The notes under the pieces are model-generated. The model was given only the letters and a program-made list of their open reading frames with translations, ran no database searches and had not been told where the DNA came from. A stretch of DNA of 64,000 nt, taken from the NCBI GenBank assembly GCA_037130135.1, contig JBAXTO010000002.1, forward strand, positions 288,695-352,694, given 5' to 3'. The stretch comes from Bacteroidota bacterium. GTDB taxonomy: Bacteria > Bacteroidota > Bacteroidia > Chitinophagales > CAMDFR01. Positions 40,561 to 50,219 of the stretch are shown here, piece after piece (the first letter of the stretch is position 1; every line of letters starts with the position of its first letter). A program made the position numbers and the translations under genes.

Positions 40561-41655
40561 TTATCTAAACGGATTTTGAAATTTCGGATTCACAACTACA
40601 GTAGAATCTGTCATGCTCAACATAAATGCTACTAAATCATCTCGCTCGCTATTCGTTAAGTTCAATCGAATATTTCCGGTATGAATCATTACTGCATCTA
40701 GAGTTGGCGACATGTGTACACTATCCGCATAAAAATCTACCACTTCACGTAAGGTACTAAAACGTCCATCAAATCCATAAGGTGCTGTATACGCTAAATT
40801 GCGTAAGCTAGGTGTTTTCATTTTTCCGTTATCTGTCTGCACATTAGTAATAGCTCCTCTACCATTATCCGCAAAATTAAAACTACCATCATTGTATTGT
40901 ATACCGTCATTATGAAATTGATTATCTGTAGTTAGAATATTAGTGAAATGACAATGGAAACAATCTGCTCTGGCAGAAGTAAATAATAGAAAACCGCGAG
41001 AAGCAGCTGGGCTAAGCTGTGTATAATCATTGGTTGTAAAAAATTTCTTATCTATTTCTGATTCGCCACTTGAAATAATACTTCGCATAAATTGCGAGAT
41101 AGCTTTTAATACATTTTCTTTTGTAACAGCATCGCAACCAAAAGCTTTTTTAAAGTTAGCTGCGTAGAAACTATTATTTTCTAAATAAGGCAATGTTACT
41201 TCCCAGTTAACCTCCATTTCATTTTTGGTTGCATCATCAACAGCCTCTTCTATACTAGCACTTCGACCATCAAAGAAAAATTTATTTTGAAAGCCCGCAT
41301 TTAAAAGTGCCGGAGTATTTCTTTTAGTCATTAAACCTTTGCTATTCGTACTAAATTGTTTGCCTCCATCACTAAAGCCAAATTCAGGTTTATGGCAACT
41401 ACCACAAGAAATTTGATGATTAATTGAAAGTGTAGTATCAAAAAACAAAAACCTTCCTAACTCCACTCCCTCCTCTGTCATAGGATTATCTGTTGGCAAA
41501 TTCATTTCCGGAAATCTAAATGGAGAGGTTAAATTAAAGGGAGTTGCAAATTCAGGGTCGCATTTACTATCAGGTACACATGATGATACAATACTAAACA
41601 CGGAAACTATAATAATGATGATAGCGATGATATGAAATTTATTAAACTTTTTCAT
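40561..41655 (-). CDS. di-haem cytochrome c peroxidase family enzyme (MauG/MbnH-like)
   Basis: Two CxxCH haem sites (CGSCH, CFHCH) and a signal/lipoprotein N-terminus. Confidence 0.8.
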   Translation of the reverse strand: MKKFNKFHIIAIIIIIVSVFSIVSSCVPDSKCDPEFATPFNLTSPFRFPEMNLPTDNPMTEEGVELGRFLFFDTTLSINHQISCGSCHKPEFGFSDGGKQFSTNSKGLMTKRNTPALLNAGFQNKFFFDGRSASIEEAVDDATKNEMEVNWEVTLPYLENNSFYAANFKKAFGCDAVTKENVLKAISQFMRSIISSGESEIDKKFFTTNDYTQLSPAASRGFLLFTSARADCFHCHFTNILTTDNQFHNDGIQYNDGSFNFADNGRGAITNVQTDNGKMKTPSLRNLAYTAPYGFDGRFSTLREVVDFYADSVHMSPTLDAVMIHTGNIRLNLTNSERDDLVAFMLSMTDSTVVVNPKFQNPFR

Positions 41656-42410
41656 TATTCTAAGGTAATTGCAGCTGCGTAATTATTTAACAATTTATTT
41701 GCGATATCGGGTTTATTGGTGGTATGTGTTTCTAGTTCTGTTTTAAAGTTGATTGGAGATGGGCCATTCCAAAATTTTAACACATCGATATTAAATGGAA
41801 TCTCTACCGTTTCTTTTTCTTTTAAGGTAAAAGATTTATTAAAACTTACTTCTTTAATATAACCATTATCACCGATATGATATACATACGAATAAGTTAA
41901 TGGTGCGCCTGGAGTATTTGAAGTATCTACAAATCCTTCTAGTTTAGAGAAAATATAACTATTGTTCATAATCCAATAATTACCACTATTGGTGCCCATT
42001 GGATGATTGGTATTATAGTCATCAGGAACTGTACTATTTAAAGTATTATCAAGTCCTATGGTATATGTTATTTGTGTATATTCACCTGCAGGAATGGAAT
42101 AATTAGCTGTTTTTGCATAAATATCTTTCCAATAAAATAATCTGACAGCATCTGCACCACTTAGGCTCACCACAGAGTTATCTTTTTTAGTTAACTTAAT
42201 AGATGATATATAAAATTCTAAATGATCCATTCTAAAACGAACGCCTTGAGTAGGATCGGTATAGATGGTATTTGCAATATCAATATCACTTCCGTTAATG
42301 GTAGGATGCATAGATAAAATTAAAGTACCATTCCCTTTATATTTAGTACAAGAAAATGAAATAAAAACCAGAACAATCAAAACGCTGAATAAAGAAACTA
42401 GTTTTTTCAT
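41655..42410 (-). CDS. MbnP-like lipoprotein (candidate copper-binding partner of the di-haem enzyme)
   Basis: Lipobox (SFSC) and 251 aa. The segment FRMDHLEFYISSIKL fits my memory of the MbnP family. Its stop overlaps the peroxidase start by 1 nt. Confidence 0.45.
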   Translation of the reverse strand: MKKLVSLFSVLIVLVFISFSCTKYKGNGTLILSMHPTINGSDIDIANTIYTDPTQGVRFRMDHLEFYISSIKLTKKDNSVVSLSGADAVRLFYWKDIYAKTANYSIPAGEYTQITYTIGLDNTLNSTVPDDYNTNHPMGTNSGNYWIMNNSYIFSKLEGFVDTSNTPGAPLTYSYVYHIGDNGYIKEVSFNKSFTLKEKETVEIPFNIDVLKFWNGPSPINFKTELETHTTNKPDIANKLLNNYAAAITLE

Positions 42411-42426
42411 AGTATAAATATTTTAA

Positions 42427-43011
42427 TTAATCGGCATCTGCAACCACTTCTGTTACTTCGGGTATCATTCTTTTTAATAAACCTTCTACACCATTTTTTA
42501 ATGTCGCATTCGAAGAAGGACAACCACTGCATGCACCTTGCATACTCAGTGTTACAATGCCGTTTTCAAATTTTTTGAATTCGATATTTCCTCCATCCAT
42601 TTCTACAGCTGGCTTCACATACTTGGCTAATAAGGCGATAATTTTATCATCAATACTCGAATTTTCATTCGTAAGTACAGGAGGTAATTGATTTAATTTT
42701 TCGTAAAATGCTTTAGTGAAAATCTCTTGACCACTAGTGATATAAGTACGTATACATTCTTTTAACTCAGGAATGATTTCATACCAATCATACTCAGGTT
42801 TTTTAGTGAGCGTAATAAAATGACTCGAAATAAAAACTTGTTGTACAAAAGGTGTATCAAATAAAAATTGTGCAATAGGACTTTCAGATGCACTTTCTTT
42901 GGTTTTATATTCTACTGAAGAATTTTTCAACAAAAATTTCGAGGTCACAAATTTCATCGATTCAGGATTAGGCGACGACTCGGTATAAATTTCTAAAATA
43001 ATTGGATCCAT
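42427..43011 (-). CDS. NifU/Nfu-type Fe-S cluster scaffold protein
   Basis: C-terminal GACSGCPSS (CxxC) Nfu motif and an N-terminal Nfu_N-like domain. Confidence 0.8.
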   Translation of the reverse strand: MDPIILEIYTESSPNPESMKFVTSKFLLKNSSVEYKTKESASESPIAQFLFDTPFVQQVFISSHFITLTKKPEYDWYEIIPELKECIRTYITSGQEIFTKAFYEKLNQLPPVLTNENSSIDDKIIALLAKYVKPAVEMDGGNIEFKKFENGIVTLSMQGACSGCPSSNATLKNGVEGLLKRMIPEVTEVVADAD

Positions 43012-43032
43012 AAATTTTAATTGCGTATAAAG

Positions 43033-45135
43033 TTAGTAACTAAAAATCTTTTCAATATGTTCCATATTGTTAAATTTAGTTCGTACTAAATAAAATCCTT
43101 TTTGAGGCAGCCCAATTTTATATTGGTAATTGCCTTTAACTTGTTTATAATCATTCAACAAAGTCTCCACTATTTGTCCAGATGCATTATATAATTGTAT
43201 AGATATGGTTGTGGGTTGATTCAATTCATAACTCAAAAAAGTTTCATTTTTAGCAGGATTAGGAGCTAATGAGATATGGTAATTCGTTTGCATAGCCGCT
43301 ATTCCTTCTCCAAAAAAACGTACGCCTTGAGATGTTTTTTTCAAACAGCCAAAAGAATCTAATACGTTACAAGTGATCGTATCGACTATCATAGGAACAT
43401 TTTCATGAACAATTTTTAAGTGAAATCTGCTAAAAGAATCAATGGATATGTATTGTTCTCTACTCATATCAAAATGGATTTCTTGAATATGTTGAGTAGA
43501 ATCCGGATAATACAAATCACAATTTAATCCAGTTGATGTAAATAAAAAATCTGCATTACAAGTATCGCTTATGTCTGTATGTACTAAAATAGTTATAGAT
43601 GTACTATCGCTACAAGCACTATTATTACTAGTTGTTAATGAAACATGCAACTCAGTTGCATCATTAAAATTAATAATGGGGAAAGGTGTAGTATCTGTTT
43701 GTCCATTGCCAAAATTCCATAGCCAATGATCGGGCATGGGTGTGGTTAAATCGACAAACTGATAGATATTTTCATTATAGTTTAACGTGTCAATTCTAAA
43801 CTTTGCATGGCAACAATTCGGAATTTGTTGTTTTAATGTAATAGGCACTATACTGATATTATTGCTTCTATCTCCATCTAAGAAACGATTATTTGGATCG
43901 AATTCTGTCACCAAAAAATAATTGCCATTACATATCGAGTCAAATCGAATTTCTTGCCCTGCTAAAGACCAATCATAGATATCGGAATAGCCCACTGATA
44001 AGCCTTGTATACTGGTACCACAAGAAGTAAAACCATTACCTAATCCATTGTTTGGTAAGCTAGAATACAAATGCATATCCGAACCATATTGACAATTGGC
44101 AAAAGTGCCACCACAAATTAAATGATCATAAATACAAAAAGAGACTTTTGTGCCGGTACCTATTATTGGCCAGGTGCGAATATCTGCTTGTGGTCCACGA
44201 ATACGAATGGTATTCACCGCCCAATCATCAATATGTAAATGATTATGTCCTAGGTCGGAATGAAATTGCATATTGCCCACCAGTGTATCTATAAAATCAA
44301 AAAAACCGACTCCTGCATTCTTAATAAATACCCGTTGTTTGACCCGTTGTTTGGCAAATTGTCCATCGGGACAAAGACCTGGACCACCTACAATAGAATC
44401 GTTACAAGTCCAAACACCCGTACCAATTAATTCCATAGGGCCGAATCCTACATTTGCACATGAGTTGGTGACCATCAATTGATTAAAAGATTCGCGTTGC
44501 CAAAATGTATCTTGCAACATACTAGTTGCTGTGAGAATATCAGGTAATAACCAACAGCTGCTATCCCCATCTGGACATTGACAAGCAGTAGGTGTATAAT
44601 CGTCGCAAGGCCCAATAGAAATAGATATAGGTGGAGCAGGACTATATCCAAAGGTGAGCGTAAAATCAATAAGTGAACCTGTATCACCTACTACATAATC
44701 GGTAATGATTAAGCGCCAAATTCCATTCCCCATTTGCCCATCATTAAAGCTACCAAGACTATGTTCGGGTATAAAATCGCCAGTAAAAGGAGGCGTGCCA
44801 GCCGAAATTAATTGAGTAGCGTTCATATCAAAACAAGTAGCTATATAATTATCATTCAAGCCACCATTACCGCTACAAAGTTCTACTGTAGTGCCGTTAG
44901 GACTCATAAGGTATATGGCTAAATCTCTATCTGCCGTATGATTAATATTGATGCAAACATGTTCAAGTCCGTAATTGGTAGTTAATGTAGCTGAATCTAA
45001 AGCACTGATTAAAATAGGTATTTGAAGAGGCGAACCATGGTCTGGAATAGATGCACCAGAGCTTGTATAGCTTTGAGCTATAGAATGGCTATACAATAAA
45101 ACGATCAGTAAAAAGAAGAAAGAAATCTTTTTCAT
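43033..45135 (-). CDS. T9SS-secreted protein: proprotein-convertase P-domain + lysyl-oxidase-like domain + PKD-like domain + type A CTD
   Basis: Start taken at MKKISFF. The P-domain includes VCININHTADRDLAIYLMSPNGT. LOX-like blocks are HNHLH, TKVSFCIYDHLIC and QGLSVGYSDIYDW...NGNYFLV...DRSNN. The PKD-like part has WNFGNGQ. The C-terminus reads APNPAKNE...IQLYNASGQ. Confidence 0.7.
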   Translation of the reverse strand: MKKISFFFLLIVLLYSHSIAQSYTSSGASIPDHGSPLQIPILISALDSATLTTNYGLEHVCININHTADRDLAIYLMSPNGTTVELCSGNGGLNDNYIATCFDMNATQLISAGTPPFTGDFIPEHSLGSFNDGQMGNGIWRLIITDYVVGDTGSLIDFTLTFGYSPAPPISISIGPCDDYTPTACQCPDGDSSCWLLPDILTATSMLQDTFWQRESFNQLMVTNSCANVGFGPMELIGTGVWTCNDSIVGGPGLCPDGQFAKQRVKQRVFIKNAGVGFFDFIDTLVGNMQFHSDLGHNHLHIDDWAVNTIRIRGPQADIRTWPIIGTGTKVSFCIYDHLICGGTFANCQYGSDMHLYSSLPNNGLGNGFTSCGTSIQGLSVGYSDIYDWSLAGQEIRFDSICNGNYFLVTEFDPNNRFLDGDRSNNISIVPITLKQQIPNCCHAKFRIDTLNYNENIYQFVDLTTPMPDHWLWNFGNGQTDTTPFPIINFNDATELHVSLTTSNNSACSDSTSITILVHTDISDTCNADFLFTSTGLNCDLYYPDSTQHIQEIHFDMSREQYISIDSFSRFHLKIVHENVPMIVDTITCNVLDSFGCLKKTSQGVRFFGEGIAAMQTNYHISLAPNPAKNETFLSYELNQPTTISIQLYNASGQIVETLLNDYKQVKGNYQYKIGLPQKGFYLVRTKFNNMEHIEKIFSY

Positions 45136-45280
45136 TCTATAAAATGACGATGATTGGTAGTACAAAGATGCATGAAAAAGTGTGAAATGATGAATCGAAA
45201 TAAATCCGTAATAAAATTTTTCATTTCCCTATCTAATGTTAAAAAAAATTATACTTTTTACTACTATCAAAATAGAATAG

Positions 45281-45288
45281 TAAGTTTG
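45281..45288 (+). promoter_or_regulatory. candidate -7 box (TAAGTTTG) upstream of the 45322 ORF / RND operon
   Basis: Perfect TAnnTTTG about 34 nt upstream of the ATG at 45322. Confidence 0.3.
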
Positions 45289-45321
45289 TGGTAAGATTTT
45301 TGCAGTGAACTCTGAAGTTAT

Positions 45322-45765
45322 ATGAAAAAACCCAATTTAAAATCAAATATTAATCCTTTTATATGGTGTAAAGCAATTTTTAAATATTGCTTTATGTTGT
45401 TATTGCTTACTTTATTTGTGGGTGCCTCTGCGTCAAGTTTTTATAAAAATCATACAAACGAATCAATAGCAATTCCAACTGTTCATATACCTTTATCAAC
45501 TAGCATCATATTAAATGAAGGTGCTCCAAACCATCAGTTACTTGCAAACTATCCTGTTTCAATGGATATATTTAGTATCAATGAAGACTTGATTGATGAA
45601 GATGTTGATGACCATTGCCCAAATGATATTATAGGCGATTTACGCGAACAATTATTTCAATCTGTAGCTGAAAAACTTTTTTCGGCTGTATCGAATACCT
45701 CAAAGGATCGTACGTCGATTCCATATTTTATACTCTACCATTCTTGGAAGAGTTATTTGTCATAA
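45322..45765 (+). CDS. hypothetical single-pass membrane protein
   Basis: 147 aa with one TM helix (CFMLLLLTLFVGASA) and an acidic tail. No motif recognised. Confidence 0.35.
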   Translation: MKKPNLKSNINPFIWCKAIFKYCFMLLLLTLFVGASASSFYKNHTNESIAIPTVHIPLSTSIILNEGAPNHQLLANYPVSMDIFSINEDLIDEDVDDHCPNDIIGDLREQLFQSVAEKLFSAVSNTSKDRTSIPYFILYHSWKSYLS

Positions 45766-45878
45766 TCATATTATAGTACTCATCAGCATTTATTGGGTAC
45801 TTATTTAATTCCATTGCAGGTCTGGTCTTTGCGTGGTTTTTAATCCATTTAATATTCAATCATCTAAAAAATAAAATT

Positions 45879-46964
45879 ATGAAGAGGATCATTATTCTCC
45901 TAAGTCTGACTAGCGTATTAGCATATGTAGGCTGCAAACAAGAAAAACACGAAAAAGAGGAAGAAGCCAAATTTATGGTTACTAGTCCTGTATTAAAAGA
46001 CACTATGATTTATAAAGATTATGTATGTCAAATTCACGCCATTAATCATATAGAACTTCGTTCGCTTGAAAAAGGCTATTTACAGAACATTTATGTAGAT
46101 GAAGGTCAGTTTGTAAAAAAAGGTCAATTGATGTTTAAGATTATGCCAATTATTTATCAGGCTGAAACGCAGAAGGCACAAGCTAATGTAAATTATGCGG
46201 AGATTGAATATCAAAACACCAAGAGTTTAGCTGATAGTGGAATTGTATCAAAAAATGAACTAGCACTTGCTAAAGCTACTCTAGATAAAGAGCGAGCAGA
46301 ATTATCTTTATCGCAAGCACATTTAGCCTTTACAGAAATTCGTGCACCATTTGATGGCTATATGGATCGATTTTATGAGCGACTTGGGAGTCTAGTGGAT
46401 GAAGGAGAATTGCTTACCACCATTTCAGATAATAGTCAGATGTGGGCCTATTTTAATGTACCTGAAGCAGAGTATTTGAGCTATATCACCAATACTAAAA
46501 AACAAGATGTACAAAAAGTAAACTTACAAATGGCGAACAATGAAATTTTTGATCAAACAGGAACTGTTCAAACGATTGAAGCAGATTTCAATAATGAAAC
46601 TGGAAATATCGCATTTAGAGCTACATTTCAAAATCCTAAACAAATATTACGACATGGTGAAACAGGCAATATTTTAATGCCTGTATATATTAAAAATGCC
46701 ATACTAATTCCACAAGAAGCAACATTCGATATTTTAGATAAAAAATATGTATATGTGGTAGATGAACATGAAGTAATACACTCCCGACAAATCACTATTG
46801 GCCAAGAAATGTCGCATTTATATGTAGTGACAGAAGGATTGAAAGCAAGTGATAAAATTCTTTTAGAAGGATTAGGTAAAGTAAAAAACAATGAAAAAAT
46901 CGAAACAGAGTTTGTGCCGTTTGATAAAGTAATGAATGAATTAAATAATTTACACGCCGAGTAG
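45879..46964 (+). CDS. efflux RND transporter periplasmic adaptor subunit
   Basis: Lipoprotein N-terminus (AYVGC). HlyD/MFP coiled-coil and barrel-sandwich pattern (IRAPFDGY). Confidence 0.85.
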   Translation: MKRIIILLSLTSVLAYVGCKQEKHEKEEEAKFMVTSPVLKDTMIYKDYVCQIHAINHIELRSLEKGYLQNIYVDEGQFVKKGQLMFKIMPIIYQAETQKAQANVNYAEIEYQNTKSLADSGIVSKNELALAKATLDKERAELSLSQAHLAFTEIRAPFDGYMDRFYERLGSLVDEGELLTTISDNSQMWAYFNVPEAEYLSYITNTKKQDVQKVNLQMANNEIFDQTGTVQTIEADFNNETGNIAFRATFQNPKQILRHGETGNILMPVYIKNAILIPQEATFDILDKKYVYVVDEHEVIHSRQITIGQEMSHLYVVTEGLKASDKILLEGLGKVKNNEKIETEFVPFDKVMNELNNLHAE

Positions 46965-46985
46965 GCATAAACAAAAAATAAAAAA

Positions 46986-49900
46986 ATGTTTGAGAAATTT
47001 ATAAAAAGACCAGTTCTAGCGATAGCCATATCTGTGGTTATCGTTTTCTTAGGACTACTGGCCATAAAAACTACGCCAGTGGCGCAGTTTCCAGAGATTG
47101 CCCCACCTAGGGTAAATATCTCGATTGAGTTTCCAGGCTCAAACGCCGATGTATTAGTCAAATCTACTCTTACTATTATTGAACGAGCCATCAATGGAGT
47201 TCAAGGGATGCAATATATGTTATCGGATGCTACTAGTGCCAGTGAAGCAAGTATTGATATTGTATTCGAACCTGGTACTGACCCAACTATTGCTGCTGCT
47301 AGAGTAAAGTCGAGAGTGGATCAAGTAATGACTAATCTACCAACTTTAGTACAGCGAGAAGGTGTTATTATTAAACCTTTACAGCCGAGTATGTTGATGT
47401 ATTTGAATCTATATAGTACAGATAAAAAAGCTGATGAAAAGTTTTTATTCAATTATGCAAACACCTACATTTTACCAGAAATACAAAGGATTAGTGGTAT
47501 GGGTATGGCTGAAGCTATTGGTAGTCGTGCATTTGCAATACGTGTCTGGTTAAACCCAGATCGTATGAGAGCATATAATATTTCTCCTGAAGATGTATTG
47601 AAAGCCATTGATGAACAAAGTGTCTTGGCTCGTCCAGGTAGAGTAGGATTAAGTTCGGGTATAAAAGCACAATCGCAAGAATATGTATTTACGTATAAAG
47701 GATGGTTTAATAAACCGGAACAATATAACGACATTATTCTTCGAGCAAATCCGAATGGAGAAGTACTCAAATTAAAAGATGTTGCTAAAGTAGAAGTTGG
47801 AAGTGAATTCGTAGATATATATTCTAATAAAGATGGGTATCCTTCTGCATCGCTAGTATTAAAACAAAATCCAGGAAGTAATGCCAATAAAGTAATTGAA
47901 GATGTTAAAGTAAAATTAGAAGAATTAAAAAAAGATTTCCCTCCAGGAATGAATTATGAAATCAATTATGATGTATCCAAATTTGTGGATGCCTCTATTG
48001 AAAAAGTACTTCACACCTTGATTGAAGCTTTTATTTTAGTGGCGCTAGTGGTGTTTATATTTTTGGGCGATTGGCGTTCTACACTTATTCCTATTTTGGC
48101 GGTACCTGTATCGCTCATTGGTACTTTTATTTTTATGCAAATGTTTGGCTTAAGTATCAATTTGATTACATTGTTTGCGTTGGTACTAGCCATAGGAATT
48201 GTTGTAGATAACGCCATAGTAGTAGTAGAAGCCGTACACGTGGCTATGGAGGAAAATAATTTATCTCCATTCAAAGCCGTTCAGAAAGTGTTAGGTGAAA
48301 TCAGTGGTGCTATTATCGCTATTACATTAGTAATGACAGCTGTATTTATACCTGTAGCTTTTATGACTGGACCAGTAGGTGTATTGTATCGACAGTTTTC
48401 TATTACGATGGCTACTTCTATTATTTTATCGGGTGTTGTAGCGCTAACACTAACGCCTGTTTTGTGTGCTATGATTTTAAAAAACACACATGGTAAACCA
48501 AAGCGAAGAACACCTATCAGTATGTTCATTGATTGGTTTAATAAAATATTTGAAAAAATTACTGGAAAATATACTAATCTACTTACTTTAATTGTAAACA
48601 GAAGAGTGATTACGTTTGGATTACTTATTGCATTTGCATTTGGAATCGTTGGTATCAATAAAATATTGCCTGCAGGATTTATTCCAAATGAAGATCAAGG
48701 TCAAATTTACGCAATCATTCAAACCCCTCCTGGTACAACCTTAGAGCGAACCAATGAAATTTCAAAACAATTACAACATTTAGCAAAAGAAGTTGATGGA
48801 GTACAATCTGTAACAGCATTGGCTGGATTTGAAATTCTAACAGAAGGTAGAGGTTCTAATGCGGGTACATGTTTAATCAACCTAAAAGATTGGTCGGATA
48901 GAAAGCATAATGTAAAACAAGTGATTGAAGAATTAGAAAAAAAATCAAAGGATCTACCAGCAAATATCGAATACTTCGAACCTCCAGCAGTACCTGGATA
49001 TGGCTCATCTGATGGTTTCTCACTTCGTTTATTAGATAAAGGTGGTGATGTAGATTATCAAGCATTTGATAAAGTGAATCATGATTTTGTGGAGGCATTG
49101 AAAAAAAGAAAAGAATTAAGTGGGCTCTTTGCATTCTATTCTGCTAAATATCCGCAATATGAAATTACCATCGACAACGCATTAGCGATGCAAAAGGGTG
49201 TTTCGATTGGAGAAGCGATGGAAAACTTGAATATTATGGTTGGCAGTACTTATGAGCAAGGATTTATTCGATTTAATAATTATTATAAAGTATATACACA
49301 GGCGGGTCCAGAGTTCAGAAAACAACCTTCAGATTTATTAAAGATGTATATCAAAAATGATCAAGGTGAAATGGTACCGTACTCTGCATTTATGAAAATT
49401 AAAAAGACACAAGGGCCTAATGAAATTTCTCGTTATAATTTATATATCTCTTCTTTAATTAATGGTATGCCTGCATCTGGCTATTCATCGGGTGATGCCA
49501 TTAATGCGATAAAAGAAGTAGCCAAAGAATCTTTACCAAGAGGCTATGATATTGCTTGGGAAGGTTTATCTTATGATGAGGCTAAAAGAGGAAATGAAGC
49601 AGTCTATATTTTCTTAGTGGTGTTATTTTTAGTGTATTTGATTTTAGCATCGCAATATGAAAGTTTTTTACTCCCTTTTGCAGTATTATTATCCATTCCT
49701 CCTGGAATATTTGGATCCTTTATGTTACTAAAAATGATGGGCTTGTCGAATGACGTGTATGCACAAGTAGGCTTGATCATGCTTACTGGTTTATTAGGTA
49801 AAAATGCGGTATTGATTGTAGAGTTTGCAGTGCAACGTCAACAACAAGGGTTAACGGTATTAGAAGCTGCGATTGAAGGAGCTAAAGTGCGTTTCCGTCC

Positions 49901-50219
49901 AATCTTAATGACTTCGTTTGCATTTATCGCAGGCCTTATTCCATTGGTATTAGCAACTGGCCCAGGAGCAGTAGGAAACCATACGATTGGTGCTTCGGCT
50001 TTGGGAGGTATGTTGTTTGGAACTGTGTTTGGGGTGATATTAGTACCTGGACTCTATTTCATATTTGCTAAACTTCAAGAAGGTCGACAACTTATCAGAG
50101 ATGAAGATGTGAATCCATTAACTGAAGATTTTGTATCCAATCAATCTGATGTTGCGATGAATCTAACAATCAGAAAATTAATCACCAAATATTTAAGGAG
50201 AAAGAAAAATGAAAAATAA
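46986..50219 (+). CDS. efflux RND transporter permease (AcrB family)
   Basis: 1077 aa with 12-TM topology and two large periplasmic loops. The N-terminus FIKRPVLAI is typical. Confidence 0.9.
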   Translation: MFEKFIKRPVLAIAISVVIVFLGLLAIKTTPVAQFPEIAPPRVNISIEFPGSNADVLVKSTLTIIERAINGVQGMQYMLSDATSASEASIDIVFEPGTDPTIAAARVKSRVDQVMTNLPTLVQREGVIIKPLQPSMLMYLNLYSTDKKADEKFLFNYANTYILPEIQRISGMGMAEAIGSRAFAIRVWLNPDRMRAYNISPEDVLKAIDEQSVLARPGRVGLSSGIKAQSQEYVFTYKGWFNKPEQYNDIILRANPNGEVLKLKDVAKVEVGSEFVDIYSNKDGYPSASLVLKQNPGSNANKVIEDVKVKLEELKKDFPPGMNYEINYDVSKFVDASIEKVLHTLIEAFILVALVVFIFLGDWRSTLIPILAVPVSLIGTFIFMQMFGLSINLITLFALVLAIGIVVDNAIVVVEAVHVAMEENNLSPFKAVQKVLGEISGAIIAITLVMTAVFIPVAFMTGPVGVLYRQFSITMATSIILSGVVALTLTPVLCAMILKNTHGKPKRRTPISMFIDWFNKIFEKITGKYTNLLTLIVNRRVITFGLLIAFAFGIVGINKILPAGFIPNEDQGQIYAIIQTPPGTTLERTNEISKQLQHLAKEVDGVQSVTALAGFEILTEGRGSNAGTCLINLKDWSDRKHNVKQVIEELEKKSKDLPANIEYFEPPAVPGYGSSDGFSLRLLDKGGDVDYQAFDKVNHDFVEALKKRKELSGLFAFYSAKYPQYEITIDNALAMQKGVSIGEAMENLNIMVGSTYEQGFIRFNNYYKVYTQAGPEFRKQPSDLLKMYIKNDQGEMVPYSAFMKIKKTQGPNEISRYNLYISSLINGMPASGYSSGDAINAIKEVAKESLPRGYDIAWEGLSYDEAKRGNEAVYIFLVVLFLVYLILASQYESFLLPFAVLLSIPPGIFGSFMLLKMMGLSNDVYAQVGLIMLTGLLGKNAVLIVEFAVQRQQQGLTVLEAAIEGAKVRFRPILMTSFAFIAGLIPLVLATGPGAVGNHTIGASALGGMLFGTVFGVILVPGLYFIFAKLQEGRQLIRDEDVNPLTEDFVSNQSDVAMNLTIRKLITKYLRRKKNEK

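Noticed and set aside
46628-47194. 188-aa minus-strand ORF spanning the MFP/RND gene junction.
   Set aside because: It lies antisense to two strongly supported efflux genes and has low-complexity, Ile/Ser/Phe-rich shadow-frame composition. This is a typical antisense artefact of AT-rich coding DNA.
47465-49134. Series of minus-strand ORFs (47465-47887, 48011-48274, 48281-48658, 48877-49134) within the RND permease gene.
   Set aside because: All are antisense shadows of the 1077-aa AcrB-family CDS. None has a signal or motif.
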